A stretch of DNA of 64,000 bases from the human T2T-CHM13v2.0 reference genome, Homo sapiens. The stretch is from the NCBI RefSeq assembly GCF_009914755.1, contig NC_060927.1. The stretch is one strand, 5' to 3'. The notes below the pieces were generated by a model. That model made no database searches. It worked only from the letters and a program-made list of their open reading frames with translations, and was not told the DNA's origin. Position numbers and translations under genes: made by a program. Position 1 is the stretch's first letter. The number at the start of each line of letters is the position of its first letter. Shown in pieces: positions 28,262 through 43,314 of the stretch.

Positions 28262-31200
28262 ATAAATCTTATCCTCCTTTTAAGAGAATAAAAGTTTGTT
28301 ACTTTATATCAGCTTGTATATATTAACTAGATGTATATAAGGAATTTAAAATGAAAACATACTGTTTTATATATAAATGAATTTAAATATATTCACTGAT
28401 ATTTTATATATATGTACATCCGCACACCCATATATTGTGACTATGTATTTACGTAAGTATGTGTCACTATATACATGTGGTCACATCCTTCAAAATTTGC
28501 AGTGGACACTCTCTTGGGAAGAAGGCCAGTTACAATACGTTTTTATATTTTCAAGGCCCATACATTCAACTTCTTCTCAAGTTTTTATATACATTTCTCA
28601 TTTTAATAGTCAAGAATACTCATTTTATTTATGAATTATTGATTCAGCAATGGAAACGTTTTCCAAAGCAATTCTTCCACGTGAAATCAGAGCACAGGCT
28701 TGTTTATATAACAAAGGATACATGCACGTGGCAAGAGGAAGAACACAAACAATGAGAGAAAGCAGAATAAATGAAAGCTCACTAGGAAATATAGAAAAAA
28801 TAGTTGAATGAAGTAATGACAGTGTCTCTGGAAATAGTTTTGTTTTTGTTTTTGTCTTGTTTTATTTATTTTATTTTTTTTACCAAGGCTTTCTCTACCC
28901 TCAGGCACAATTACAACAGCTGTACCATATAGCCTCTATCAGTCATCATCTAGGTTAGCGCCTCTTTCTATTAACCAAGCAATAGAGGAAAAAAATTACT
29001 TATACCCGTCCATATGAGGCACTCTGTTTGCTGCAATGCATTCTGATGGCTTAATTAGGTGGACCGTGTGGCACGTGGGGTTTTTCTATCCAGTTTAATC
29101 ACAAAGGCCATATCATCAAAGTAGAATAGTCCTGGTCTCTACAGCTAGATTACAAATACGAGTTTCTTCATTGAGTATCTTGAGGCTGATGTGTCTGTTA
29201 GTTTGCTTCCATCTACTTAAACAATTAAATAAAGCTTCACATTAGAAGACCAAGGCTAATAAAGAGACACAGTACCGAAGTACAGCTGGCAATTTCTCTA
29301 GTTATTAAGATCTCATCTTCAACTGATTGATAGTCTCTAGAAAGCAACTAACATGCTATTTTTTCCCTTAAGTATTCGTTCTCTTTCAAGGCTTGCCACT
29401 TCTACTGACAGAATTTCCAATCATTTGTAATACCACACACAAATTTATACATATAAACACACACATATATGTATATATTTAAGTAAAAGCTCAAGAAACA
29501 TATAGAATGAAAGAACTTTAAAAAAATTACTGTTTCAATAAACAAATACAGGGTACAAATCTTAAGCAATATATTTACATTGAAAGAACAAATCATATAT
29601 ATACAACAAATATGTTTGTAGTCATTTATTCCAGTTTGGTTGTAATATTATTCTTATGAGTGTTACTTTTAACTTGGTTAATTGTCTAGAATATTCTACT
29701 AGTGTTAATATCTATACAAGGAACAAAGTAAAGAATATATACATATGCACACATATATATCTATTTGTGTATGGTAAGTTTAAGTGGCATTTTCAGTTTA
29801 TTATGAATTTAAGTTAATCAAGAAATGTAAACCAAATACAGGTTTTAAAATCAAAAAGAAATCCTATAACTATCATGCTCATATATTTTCTATACAATAT
29901 TTAGAATCTAATATAATTTATAATCTATGATATTTATATTCTGTTATTCCTTTTTCATCTCTATGGTCCTATTCAAATGTTGCCATATATTTTTATGCAA
30001 CCTCTTCTTATATATTCATTCATCAACAAACATTCAGTGAATAATTTTTAGCTCCCCCTTACTCTTTTAGAGATCAAGAACCTATCTGAATAACTCCAGA
30101 AGTTTTTTTCTATATTCTATTATAATAATAATTTATTGTAATTAGACAATTTGATGTGTAATTTGGTTTTTAATAGTTTTCATTCACAGAGAAGGAAAAC
30201 AAAAGAGGACACCAAGATTGACTATCTCATTGACACGGTCTCCTCCAAATTTACAAGAGAAACTTGCAACAGTCAGTTTTAAATAAACATTTGTTAAATT
30301 AATAAATGAGAATAGATAAACTGAATTTACCACTTTTCTACTTGAATCACTCTTCTAAAATATAATCTTATTAGGTTACTCTCATTTAAACTCTCTCATT
30401 CCTTCCTATTGTCCAGAGTTTACAGATAAAGCTGCCCAGCCAAGTACATATGGCTCCTCCAGATTTGAACTTTGTCTCTTTCTGAGAACATTTCCAAACA
30501 TTTTTCAATATATATCTTTACTTTCTACCAACCAAATAAGTTCTCATCTTATACACTTAGCACTGCACCTTGGCATGAGCCTGGGATTCTCTTTCCTACT
30601 CACCCCTTTTCAACCTTGTAAAACTCCTAAAGCTATAGTGTAATAAACAGCAAGCTATTTATTAGGCACCTAATAAATATGAGTGTTTCAATGGTTTATT
30701 ATCTGCTTGTTTACAAGATCTGTGAAGTCTTTCATGCCCTCCTCAAGTTTTTACTCTGGGTTCTAGTGCACATTTGGCAAAAAGTCCTATTAACATCTAA
30801 GACAAGACCTCATCCTTGCTAACGTGTATGTTTTCTCCTCTATAAAATACTTATGGATAGTGGTCATTCTAATTAATATGGTGTTCCTATTCTGAACAGT
30901 TTTCTTTAAACTTAGTGATTAAGTTTTTAGTTACAAGCCATTAAGTTTATTATGTAGTTATTAAGTTTGAATTAACTACTCTGTTGACATCATATCTATT
31001 CTCAAGGGGAAAAAGAATGTGAGGACAATGACTCTTACATATGCCATAATGATTAACTTCGAATACTTAAATTTGAGGAAATGTGTCTAAGGGTGGATAT
31101 TTAGTTCATATTATCTACAAATTATGATTTTTCTTTTCATGAAATTGAGTTTTAATGAAGGGCTATAGTACAGCAGATAAATATAATCTCTGCCCATTTA

Positions 31201-32319
31201 TTCATGAATTCTGGAGAAATATCTGAAAAAGATATTTCTTCCTAAGGAAGAAGAAAATGATGAGATCATAAAGAAACCATCTATAAATGTACCCATTTGG
31301 AAAAGATCTTGAATCTTTCTTGAGTATCCAAGAAGCTGTAATATAATTGTAATATTGATTTAAACAAAATGTAGCATAAATTAAGAGACATTTGGTATCA
31401 TTAATCTACTAGTGTTTTTTTTAAAGATATCCACATTAGCATAGGAAATACAAATGATGTATGAGAGTACTCTTGTTCTAAGCAAAATGATGATCACAAC
31501 GATGAACTATGCAAGTAATTTTAACAACTGTGAATTGCATGTGCACATAGCTGGTCATCATATAAAATGTAAATTTAAAACAGAAGAATGCACCTTTCGG
31601 AGCAGAGCATTACCTTATCTGAAGAACATTTCTATTGACTCTAGATATTGCCAAGGTATAGTGTTTCCTCACTCAGGCTGAATATAACAGAACCCAAACC
31701 AAAACAAAGAAAAAAGTAATTGAAAAGATAAAACATTCTGTCATTTTTTACAAACCCATATATTTAACAATTTATTGCTAACAATTTAGAAATTAATTCA
31801 AATAAGCTCTCAACCTGGCCTTCACACAAATACAGTCTGTATCATTATTTCACATCGGTGAAAGAATGGATAGATAGAGTCTGAGTCAAGATGAACTTAT
31901 TTTATCTATATGTGTACATATATCATATATGCATATATTAATAGATATACATGCATATGTTACATAGGTACATGTAATATATATATATATATTACTACAT
32001 ATATATATATGCTGTTACCTGGACAGATCCCTAAAGTACTGTTGAGCAGTTTTGTGCAGAACACAAATAAATAGGAACTAAGTAACTGACTTCCATTTCT
32101 CACCTTTGGGGAGAGTTTTATTTTCTTAAAACAAACAAAATAACAAACCAAGGAAGAAAGTGCTTGCTCAGGTATTTCAAAAATGATTGACACTATGCTT
32201 GATTACTAAATCAATGAGCAGAGTGGGAGGAAAATAAATAAATTCATCAAATCACAGGAGTCTAACAGTAGATAAATGTCCTAAGTATGTAACAAGAGAC
32301 CTCCATGATTTGTAGGTGG

Positions 32320-32355
<36 letters not shown>

Positions 32356-32410
32356 TCATACACACACACACACATACACGTACACACATACACACACTCA
32401 CATACACACG
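32320..32410. repeat. (TG)n tract immediately followed by (CA)n tract (self-complementary)
   Basis: gtgag(tg)n tatg-tt-cata(ca)n ... ctcac. Confidence 0.92.
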
Positions 32411-33397
32411 CAATGTGATTAGGGATGTGGGGAATGTGATTAGAGATGAGCCCTCTGCAACCTTCACTAAGCACCACAAGCAGAAGATCTCTTTCATGGG
32501 ATCCATTAACCCACACCTGGCACTAGCTCATTTAACTTTGCAGAATGATGGGGTATAGGAAACACAGCAAGTCACTATCAAGTGAGTCATCAGCAAGAGA
32601 ACACCCACCTGACAGCTTTTTGATCTGGGTAAGTCCATTATTATTGTTGCTAAAATTATACTATAAAAAGTAACACTCAGAGAATATTTGATGTATCTTA
32701 TATTATGATTTTCTTCTATGAGATTTATATAATGTGTAAAGGTAAGTTTTTGTTACATTTTATTTGTAGTGACTATTGTTTTTAGCATCACATTTGGGCA
32801 TAAGTCATGTTGATATCAACATACTTTTAAGATAATTTTATGGAAAAAGGGGCCCATAAAGGCAAAATTGTCTAAGGCTTCTGTAAGTCATAATACAGCC
32901 ATGGTTATTAGTTTCTTTTTATAGAATATTTGCATAATTAACATATTATTCTAGTTTATTATAAAAGTCCAGCTACTTAATATCTGAATTAAGATTTTAC
33001 TAACGCTTTGACAAAATTTAGGGGGAATTGTACCCACTAGGCAAACTTAACTTTGAATTTTGTAAAGTCACTTTCAATAATATAATTTAAAACCCACTGA
33101 TCTGCTTATTAGTTCAGTGGCTTTGTGTATTGAGCTAATGCCTTTCATCCAACAGGATATATTATGTTTTTCAATCTAGAAATATTTATTATGAGATGAA
33201 AATAACAAGAAACATAAGCAAAACCAAAGCGAAATAAACCAGTAGTGGCATCAAATCTGCTCCTCCAAATCCTTGCAACATAGAAAACAAGTATCTCCAA
33301 ATAACTTTTTCCCTTTGTCATGGAAATCTGTCCTCAGAGAATAAACATTCTTTAAGTGTACTCAACATTAAAATAAAATCAACTCAAATGTCTAAAG

Positions 33398-33558
33398 CAG
33401 AGGTTCTCAAATTTTCTGCCTGTTAGATAATTTGTAGATATCTGTAGAGCAGCGCAAACTCTTTATTTCAGTGATTCTGCCATGGGCCCTGGGAATCTTT
33501 ACTTTTAAGAAGCATCTCAGGTGCTTCTGAATGTTTTTCAAAATAATTGACTACTTTC
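33398..33558. mobile_element. MER5-like (hAT-Charlie) fragment
   Basis: cagaggttctcaaa ... gggccctgggaatctttacttttaagaagcatctcaggtgcttctga. Confidence 0.55.
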
Positions 33559-36500
33559 TAAATAGTCAGTGCAGTTAAAAAATTGAACTGTTGCCTATGA
33601 ACAAGCAATCTCTACAGGTTTTAAATGACATATATTTTCCTAATATATGATTCTTCGCCATAGAAACTAATCACAAATATTGGAAAAAAACATACCTGTG
33701 GATCATAAACTTTGTAAGAAGCACGCATGCAACATTACTTGTTAAATAAAGTATCCCAAAAGAAATTCCCAAATATTCTGTCACATTTAGATTTCTGGCA
33801 TTCATTTACTTTCAATTTGTTTTCACATGTCAAAGGAGATTTTTTAAAATCTGAAATAAATCCTCAAGTCTATTCAAAATGTATTGAGCATATGAAAGCA
33901 AAAACAAAAACAAAACTTAGAAATACATGGGGGTTGTATGTATATTCATTGTAATTTCTAAAATTTTGCATAAGGAATTCTTTTCACAATTTATAATCTA
34001 TTTATGGATGATTCAGACCCAGTTAACAGCTCTTTTCAGTTATCTTTTGTGGGGTATAACAGCAAGATACTGAAGTGGTGGTCAATGGATGGGTGGGGCA
34101 GATAAGCAGTAAATCATTTCAGAAAATTTCACACTCCAGGCTTGTTGACATGAGTCAGGGACAAGGAAATAACCCAGTCAGCACTTGCATCTTTAATGAA
34201 GGACAACACTGCTGCACATTTAGAGTATGGAGAGGAAAAGATAAATCATGCTTAACTTTAAAGTGTTCTGTCTGATTTATTCAAATAGAAATACAACCTT
34301 GTGGGTTTTTCTTCATGTATTTTCATTTAAAATATTGCAATATAAACCTAGAACTCAATTTTATTTTTTTTTACCATAGAGGTTTTTTAATTTTTTAATT
34401 AAATTCCACTATATGTGAAATATATGCTTTAATAACAGATCATTTTACATTTGCTTTTCATTGTCTTCCTTACATCCGTGGCAATAAAAGGTAGATGCTT
34501 AAAATGTAAAGATTAGTATCTGTCAGATTCCTTTCCTAGCAGAAATTAAGTCAAGACGTGGCATAGTCCAGATACAGCATGCCTCAAGAGATAACCTCAC
34601 ATGGTTTAAGAATATATTTCATTTGTCAATTAGAGATGAGGTAAATTAACATGAAAAACATCTACCAGTGGTTTTCATAAAAAAGAGGTGGGCTTTAATG
34701 GGCTCAACATGCAATGAAAGCAACAATTCAATGGCTGGCAAAGCCCAGTTATTCTTAGAATCCATTTCTTAATTATTTCTTTTCTCTAAAACAGTTTATT
34801 TTCAACAATAAGAGTATTCCTTGATTTACTAAATACAAGTAATTTGTTTGCCTTCTCATATACCAACCATTTCATTTCCAATATTATGAAACATAATAGC
34901 AGTTTTAAAAATGTATTATACAGGGAGACAAAATGAAAAATGAAAAAAAAAATTGAGCTGGGCAATCCATCAGTTCCAGACATTACATTCAAATATTTTA
35001 ATATTTACTTACACCCAGTAACCTAGCCACAGCTTGAAGTGAAAACACTTTATTGTTGTGGTAATAAAATAACTGGCATTGAGCCAATGTTTTAATTGCT
35101 CTTTTCTTTTGTACCCTGAGAAGTCTTGTTCCTGTAGACACCTTGGCTGATGATAACTCACTGAGTCAAGTACTACAGAATATAAAATTCTCCTTATTTT
35201 TTTAGAAGCATGTTACATTTTTTTCATTTGTCTGATTTCCTTATCTGATTGTTTATTATTAGAAATACATTTCTGATGAAGGAGATTTTTTTTCTTAAGA
35301 GAAAGAGTGGAAAAAATCAGTTGAATAAGAAATTATGTTTTTTTTAAAAGACACTAATATTTTGCCTTCAAAGCTAATCCAGTTTTTGCTTCCTCTGAGA
35401 TATGCTCAATTCAATCCAGATCCAAGGTCTCTAATGAACATACTAAAGCTAGAAAAACAATTAGAAGAATCAAGACTTCTCATCATTCTGAGATTAATGA
35501 AAGGAGGGGACACTCTAAGGCCAATGAGTTCCTTCAGTAGATTTTCTCCCTAGCCTGAAGCCAGTGCTCCTAGATGGAGGCAGTTATGAAAATGACTTCC
35601 ACTCTGCAGGTGTTCTTTTTGAAAAGCTAACAGCATATTTCTTTTGACAGGTAAATTACTTTGAAATGTTTCTTGAACTCTGTAGTCCTGAAAAAAAAGG
35701 CATCTAACTGTATGCATCCCATTTGAGGTTACCCTTATTTCTTTTTAAGACAGTGTTGCCTCAAAATGGGCCCTGAGTAATCAATTTGTGCGGTGAATTT
35801 TTTAACTAACTGATAACCAAACTATCACCTTTGTAACCAATGTACATATTAAATTAGACAATGAAGTCGTATACTGTAGATTTACAAGTATTTGCATGTA
35901 AAATAGTAATGACAGAGGTTTGACAGCTTTTGCACCTAAGCGTTCAAGTTGATTTTTCTTCTCTAAAATTATGCAATATCCTTTTGAATAAAAAGGTAAC
36001 ATTTTTTATTCCCTAGATAAACCTTGTACCTTCCCACCATATATATTCATACATGCATTCCTTCTTCCACTAGACAGACACAGGTGGTTCAAACCTCACT
36101 TAACAATTTTGAATTTTGATATCCTGCTCAATAACTGTATCATGGACTAAATTTGTTGACCTGTAGGAGTTATTAGCTGGCCATACAGTTTAATGGGAAT
36201 TATACCTAGGCTGTATCTGTATCTGTGTCTATCTATAGTTGTAGTTTTAAAAACACTTTCATATAAGTATCCTCTTTATTCTGACAATTTACAAAACAGT
36301 GAATTAATTTGTACCTATATTTGCATTTTCTATATATTTAAGAAATGTATGATGTTTTCTTTGATTCATACACTAATCTTAATACTCAACAGAGTTGTGG
36401 CAAGAGAAGGGAATATAGGAACAGGCTAAAATAAGAATACGTAGTAATTTTAGTGGGCTAACCTAATTTGATACAAATCATTAAATGTATTTTATTACAA

Positions 36501-37388
36501 CAGACTTAAAGTTTCTGTATTCTTCAATCATGTGAAAATGTTTTTAACAGATATATAAATCATTTGTTTTTGTTTACAACTCCCTTATCTTCTAGGTCAA
36601 AATGTCAATCTTAACCCAGCACAGGGAAAAATTGAAGCCCCAGGATTTTTTGAAATCTTTGATTTTGTGTGGATGAACATGACAAGTTACATATAGTTGC
36701 TGAATATCAAAATAAATATAACCATAACATAAATACAGACAAAGTTTCATAGTATGGTCTAACAAAACATGGTATGTTATTCTTTTATGAATAACTTGGC
36801 TAAATTTTGACATATTAGTTGTATTCAAATTAACTTCAATTTTTTCTGTCTTACCTAAGAGGAAACTTAAAATTATATTTTCATTAGTACATCAATATAT
36901 TTTTGTATTTTCTGCTACCATACATTGTACCTAATTAATTCCTATTAAAACAGTATAAGTAAAGCATTTTAAAGAAATGCTATTCTATACCATTAATGAA
37001 ATTATGACTTCAAGGAAATAGGTTTCTAACTTCACCCAAAACAGTGGTAACTATGGTAGCAACACAGCAGCATGTTGCTTTTTTATTCTTACATTGTTCA
37101 GCCTGTTAATTAACATGTTACTACGCTAAGAAATGTCAGTTTTCAATGTTTCACTTTTCTGATGTTCCTTTTCTATGGTACCGACATGCACTGTGGCTTA
37201 GGTTTCCTTTGTGTGTTACACACCTTTTCCCTACTGTAATTTTTCTTCTGCCACTCTAATTCACTTAGTTAATATAACACTCCTTACATGTTTCAGCACA
37301 GTGACTTTTTCTCAATGTTCTGATTCTCTTGGGAATTAATAAAGTGCTCTCTATTCAAGAATAATAATTTGACCCCTGAAATTGATCA

Positions 37389-37675
<287 letters not shown>

Positions 37676-38024
37676 CTGGGGAGATTAAAAAAATATTATT
37701 TTGTAATGGTTAGCTATGCTGAGAAACAATTATTTTGTGAAACATTGCAGTTCAAATAGATTTGAAATGTCATTTTTTGAAATAATGAAACAAAATTATT
37801 ACATAACTAAAATGAATATGAATTGTATAGATATATTTCATGATACACATTTCAAACAAATGTGGTATTTATTAATTTTGAAAACTCATTTTCAAGTTAG
37901 ATATTAATCATAAATGATTCCTGGTTTTCTCTATTTTTTAGAGGATGCCAGATAAGTGATTTTTGCTTTGATTTCCCACCAATTTAGTTGGAACACTCTC
38001 ATCACATTTAGAAAACTGAAATTA

Positions 38025-38770
38025 ATCATTCATTAAACAAATATTTACAAACAATTTATAATGAGTCAAGCACTATGCTGCTTTGGTGATATAGCAGAAA
38101 AAAACAAAAAACTTGCTCTTCACCCAGGTGCATAAACACCTTGAGGCCACTTTAATTATGTGAATTCACAAACAGATTTTAAAAATTACCAAGTGGTCTA
38201 TTCTGAATATGGCAGAGAAACATAAGCTAGTGTCCTTGTAAAAAAACAAAGCTTATAATATTTGGGAACTTCTTAAGAGATAATAACAAATGACAGCACA
38301 AAGCTACAAAAATATATGCAGGTGACTGGTTAATTAATTTTGCCAGGGAGAATTGATCAAGCTTATATGGAAGAAGTGGCATTTTGAGATATGAGATAAT
38401 ATCCAATAAGTGGAAAATAAAACAATACTATTTAGAGATAACCATATAACCAAATTTTCAAAGTAAGATGGTATGTATATACATAAATTTCATGGTATAT
38501 TTATTTATATATCAATTTTATCATAGGTAGATAGATGATAGATAGATAGATAGATATAGATCTATTCCCATGATATAATGACATATTTAGGCTATTATAA
38601 GGAGAGTAGTTGTTTGGCTGGATGTTGGGGTTTGCCAGAATGTAATGTGATGGGGAACTTAAAAAATAAACTGGGGCAAGTAATGCAGGTAATGAGGAGC
38701 CACTGAGATTTTAATAATAGATTATACAATGATCTAAATAATTTAGAAGATAACTCTGGTAGGAATAGAC
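38025..38770 (-). mobile_element. Degenerate L2 fragments, with (TAGA)n at about 38527-38561
   Basis: cattcattaaacaaatattta L2 3' end and aggtaatgaggagccactgagatttt; boundaries approximate. Confidence 0.4.
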
Positions 38771-40244
38771 AATAGACTTGGCAGTACTTGACAAATTTTA
38801 GATTTGCGAGTTGGGAAGTGGAAAGACTTAATCTTTTAACAATAGTTTTACTATTCAGTCAAAAATAGATAAACAAACCTAGTACTATATAAAAAGTAAT
38901 TTGTCCACCTCAATGAAGTTCTAACAGTTATTTTTGTGACACTCAGAATAACAAATTGAAAAAAAGGTTACTAAATTATTGCTGTAGGTTAACTGGACAT
39001 AGCTATTTTGTCTATTTGAGTTGAGCTGTCCTTATTGTATGACTTACCAAAGCAGAGTTAATTGCTAAGTTTCCCCTAGCAAAGCTGTCTAATCCTCTTG
39101 CCAGACAGCTATAATCACCTGACTTTACTTGAGATATTTGGAGATTATTTCCTCTCTCTAAATTTTTCTGTAAGCAACTTTGATCTGAGCTAGAAACTTG
39201 CCTCAAAGAATATACTTGGTTACTGTAGTTTCATATTTATTGCCTCACTTCTTTGTTTTGGGGTTAATGTTCTTGTAACTCTCCTTACCCTAGTATATCA
39301 CTCATCACTGATATTATATAACTACATTATAAACCTAGATTAATATTTTTACTCTTTAATCCATACTATGCAGTTATTAGTTTGTCCAAAAGCTCTTTTA
39401 CAGAGTTATCCATTCAATGTTTTGGCTTATGATCACATTCCTCAGTGAAGTATAAATGATTTGTTCCTCCAGAGAAAATGTATAAGTATATTGTGTACTG
39501 GTCATTTCTGCTTGGCTGGCTTTTGATATAACAGTTGCCCTATCTTCTTGGTTTCTGCTTGCCTAAGGAGTTTCTCAGATTCCTCTTCTCTCTAATTGAT
39601 TACTGAGTGTCCTAGACATAGAGTCCTGTTTGGAAAAAACCCTAGACCTCTGATTTCTTAAATGTGTATAAGCAGTTGTGTCTTAGCTCTTGATGTAAAT
39701 AAAAACATGTATGAATCTCAAGGCTATTTAGAACTTGCTTATTACTTAAAAATTTAGAAGGATTATATTTGTTAAATGATATTTCATAGTACATTAATTG
39801 AAAATGAGATTTTTGTATCTGTGGCTAATTACATTTTAATTGTCATTTATTAATAGCCATATATAGCTTATTTGTAGCAGGCAGCTATTGATAAAATAAA
39901 CAGCCTAATCAAACATGCACATTTTCACCTTAAAAAGAATGCAATAATTATAAGAAATTAAACCTGAAAGTAGAAACACTTATTATAATTGATTGAATTC
40001 CCCCAAGTTATATTATTCAACAGGCAGATATTATTTCAAATATCTGTAAGGTATTACGATTAATATTCCTCAAATAAATTTTCATGATCTAGGACTAGTT
40101 CTGTGAATTTATGTAGTAAGTGGCTAAAAACATAATATGATTTTTAAGGTAGTACCCAGAAATCAGAAATTATGAATCAGAAATGGGAATTGCATTATTA
40201 GCTATTGTACACTTATCATTTCAGTACTTTGAAGTTTTGGTTTG

Positions 40245-41795
40245 CTTTTAATAGATTTTACCTTTTACAGTAGCTTTAGGTTTAGAGAAAAATTGAGTGG
40301 AAGGTAAAGAGATTTCTCATTCACTTCCTTCCCTGACACTATTCCATTCCCTGACACTATTCCACTCCCTGCCCTTGCAGAGCCTCTCCCATTGGCAACC
40401 CCCACCAGAATGATGCATTTGTTACAACTGATCAACCTGCATTGACACACCATTATCATCCAAAGTCCATAGTTTACATTAAGGTTTACTCTTGGTGTTG
40501 TGCATTTTATGGGTTTGAACAAATGTATATGACACATATCAAACATCATAGTATCATACAGAATAGTTTCACTGCCCTAAAAATCCTTTGTGCTTCATCT
40601 ATTCATCCCTCCCCCTTCCGAACCCCTAGAAACTGCTGATCTGTTTGTTATCTCCATAGTTCTGCCTTTCTTGGAATGTCATATAGGCATAAACATAGAG
40701 TATACAGCCTTTTAAAATTGGCTACATACATCTTTCACTTAGTAATTCATATAAATTTAAGTTTCCTCCATGGGTTTTTCTTTTCATGTCTTGATAGCTA
40801 ATGTCTTTTCAGCACTGAAAAACATTCCATTGTCTGGATGTACCACGGTTTATTTATCCATTTACTTATAGAAGGACATCTTGATTTCTTCCAAATTGTG
40901 GCAATTATGAATAAAGCTGGAATAAATATCCGTTTGCAGGTTTTTATGTGGAGATAAGTTTTAAACACATCTGGGTAAATAATAAATAGTGTGGTTGTTC
41001 AATTATATGGTAAGACAATGCTTATTATTGCAAGAAACTGTCAAATTGTCTTTCAAAGTTGTTACAGCATTTGTCTTTCTGCTAGTAATGGGTAAGATTT
41101 CCTGTTGCTCAACATCCTTGCTAGCAGCTGGTGTTGCCAGTGTTCTAGGTTTTGGCCATTCTAGTGGGCATGCAATGGTAAGCAGTGTTTTAAATTTACA
41201 TGTCCTTGTTGGCATATGATGTGAAACATCTTTACTGGCTTATTTATCATCTCATAATCATCTTTGGTGAGGTATTTGTTAAGTCTTTTTTCTCATTGTT
41301 GAGTTTAAGAATTTTTTTTTTGCTTGCTTTTGTTTTTTGAGATAGTGTCTTGCTCTGTCACCCAGACTGGAGTACAGTGGTGCTATCTTGGCTCACTGCA
41401 ACCTCCGCCTCCCAGGCTCAAGTAATCCTCCCAACTCAGCCTCCTGAGTAGCTGGGACAACAGAAGTGTACCACAACGCCTGGCTAATTTTTTAAATATT
41501 TTTTTTGGTAGAGACAGGATTTTACCATGTGGCCCAGGCTGATCTTGAACTCCTGAGCACAAGGGATCTGCCCGCTTTGGCCTCCCAAACTGCTGGGATT
41601 ACAGGTATGAGCCACTGCACCTGGCCTTTTGTTTTGTTTACTTTTATTGTATGTTTTGAATAACAGTATTTTATCAGATATGTCTTTCACAAATATTTTC
41701 TTCCAGTGTGTGGCTTGTCTTATTTTTCTCTTGATAGTGTCTTTCACAGAGTAGAAATTTTCAATTTTAATGAAGTTCAAATGATCAATTATTTC
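40245..41795 (-). mobile_element. L1MC1-like 3' region, interrupted by an Alu
   Basis: ccatagtttacattaaggtttactcttggtgttgtgcatttt...agtttcactgccctaaaaatcc (L1MC 3'UTR antisense) continuing into the ORF2 end. Confidence 0.85.
41312..41626 (-). mobile_element. Alu (AluJ-like)
   Basis: T tail, gagatagtgtcttgctctgtcacccag ... gagccactgcacctggcc. Confidence 0.93.
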
Positions 41796-42644
41796 TCAAT
41801 ACCTTGAATTTTTGGTCTTTAAGAATCCTCTCAACAAGAAAGTCCCCTATTTTAGGATATAACGTTATTAGCAAACACACTAACCCCTAAACCACACTAA
41901 CCCTTAAAACCACACCTTTTGACATATTATCAATAAGATAATTGATTTTAGTGAAGAATGTGATATAACTGTATTTGTATGTTCTCTCAGTATTAAAAAT
42001 AGTTAATCCAACAAGAAAAAGCACAACACCTTTGAATACCATATGAACACGTTTTCCATGGATGTGTACATAAAGTGCCTATTTTTAAAATACTAAGAGT
42101 GTATATACATATGGCTTTGAATTAAGAAAACTAACACTATATGAGAAAAGACAAAGATTTACAGCATACCTTTTTGAAAATATGTGATTACCAAATTGTT
42201 TAGGGTAATTTAAATGCCTAAAAATATAATTTACTTGTAAGTTATAAGTGTATGGAAGTAATATAACCAGTGTTTTAGAATCACAGAATGTAAATTCAAA
42301 TTGTTCCACCATGAATCCTAGCTCACCACTCAGATAATTGTTTGACTTATATCAAACAATTTAAACTCTCTTAGTTGCATCTTTCTGAAGTGTAAAATGT
42401 GAAGGAGAAGAATAGCCACATCATTGGGTGAGATGTGTGCAGAGTGCTTATAAAAATGCCTGCTCTGTTTCCTGATATCTGCTAATATTGATATCAACAT
42501 TATCACCAACTTCAAATAGCATCCGGTGAAATTCCTCCAGGGTAATGACGGAACCAATTGTGTATTTGTATTTGCACATTGCTTCATATTAGAATAGTAT
42601 TGGCTTAGGTCTAATTTGCAAGAAATTAGAGGCTTGGATTATTT

Positions 42645-42770
42645 TAATGAACTTTATTGAAAGGTAATATATTTATAAGATAATCTCATTTTAAGGGTGT
42701 AGTTCAATTTTGACAAATGTATAGAACCATGCAAACTCCACCACAATCAAGATATAGATCCTTTCCACAG
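42645..42770 (-). mobile_element. L1ME/MC-like 3' end fragment
   Basis: ttttgacaaatgtatagaaccatgcaaactccaccacaatcaagatatag. Confidence 0.55.
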
Positions 42771-43314
42771 AGGTCTTAATTTTAAAAACTAATATGTTCT
42801 ATACATATATATAACATATTAGTTATATGCACATATGCACACATATGCATGTGTTGATAATGTTTATTTTCAAGTAATATATTTACTAATATGCTGATCC
42901 ATCCCCTGCTAATAGGAGGGTGATTTTCTCAAAGAAAGGTTTGAAAATATATTTTAGGAGAATCTTGTTCCATGGATTATTAATAAAATTTCTTAGAAAG
43001 TAAAAAATGTTTCATATATAATTAATTTAGGTTAATGCATATTTCCACAAAGTCAAAAGCATTTCTTTGAGCACGAATTTCGTATTACATAAGAGAACAC
43101 CTACATTTCCAAAATTTATCAGTGCACGACACCTATTTCTTCTTCTGAAACTCTTCAGCCTAGGTGGCTCTCTTCTTTTCTTACATATTTGGAAGGACAG
43201 TAACTGTTAAAGGTTTTCCTTGTTATGAACCAAAATTGGTTTTCCTTTAAGTCACCCTACTCTCTTTTGTCTTCATTTCCAGGTAAAAAGAAAAAGTGCT
43301 CTGCAAAACCAAAC

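Noticed and set aside
35635-35660. tttcttttgacag|gtaaat recursive-site-like motif (a similar one lies at about 43265-43290)
   Set aside because: On the + strand, antisense to ROBO1; no evidence here for a plus-strand transcript.
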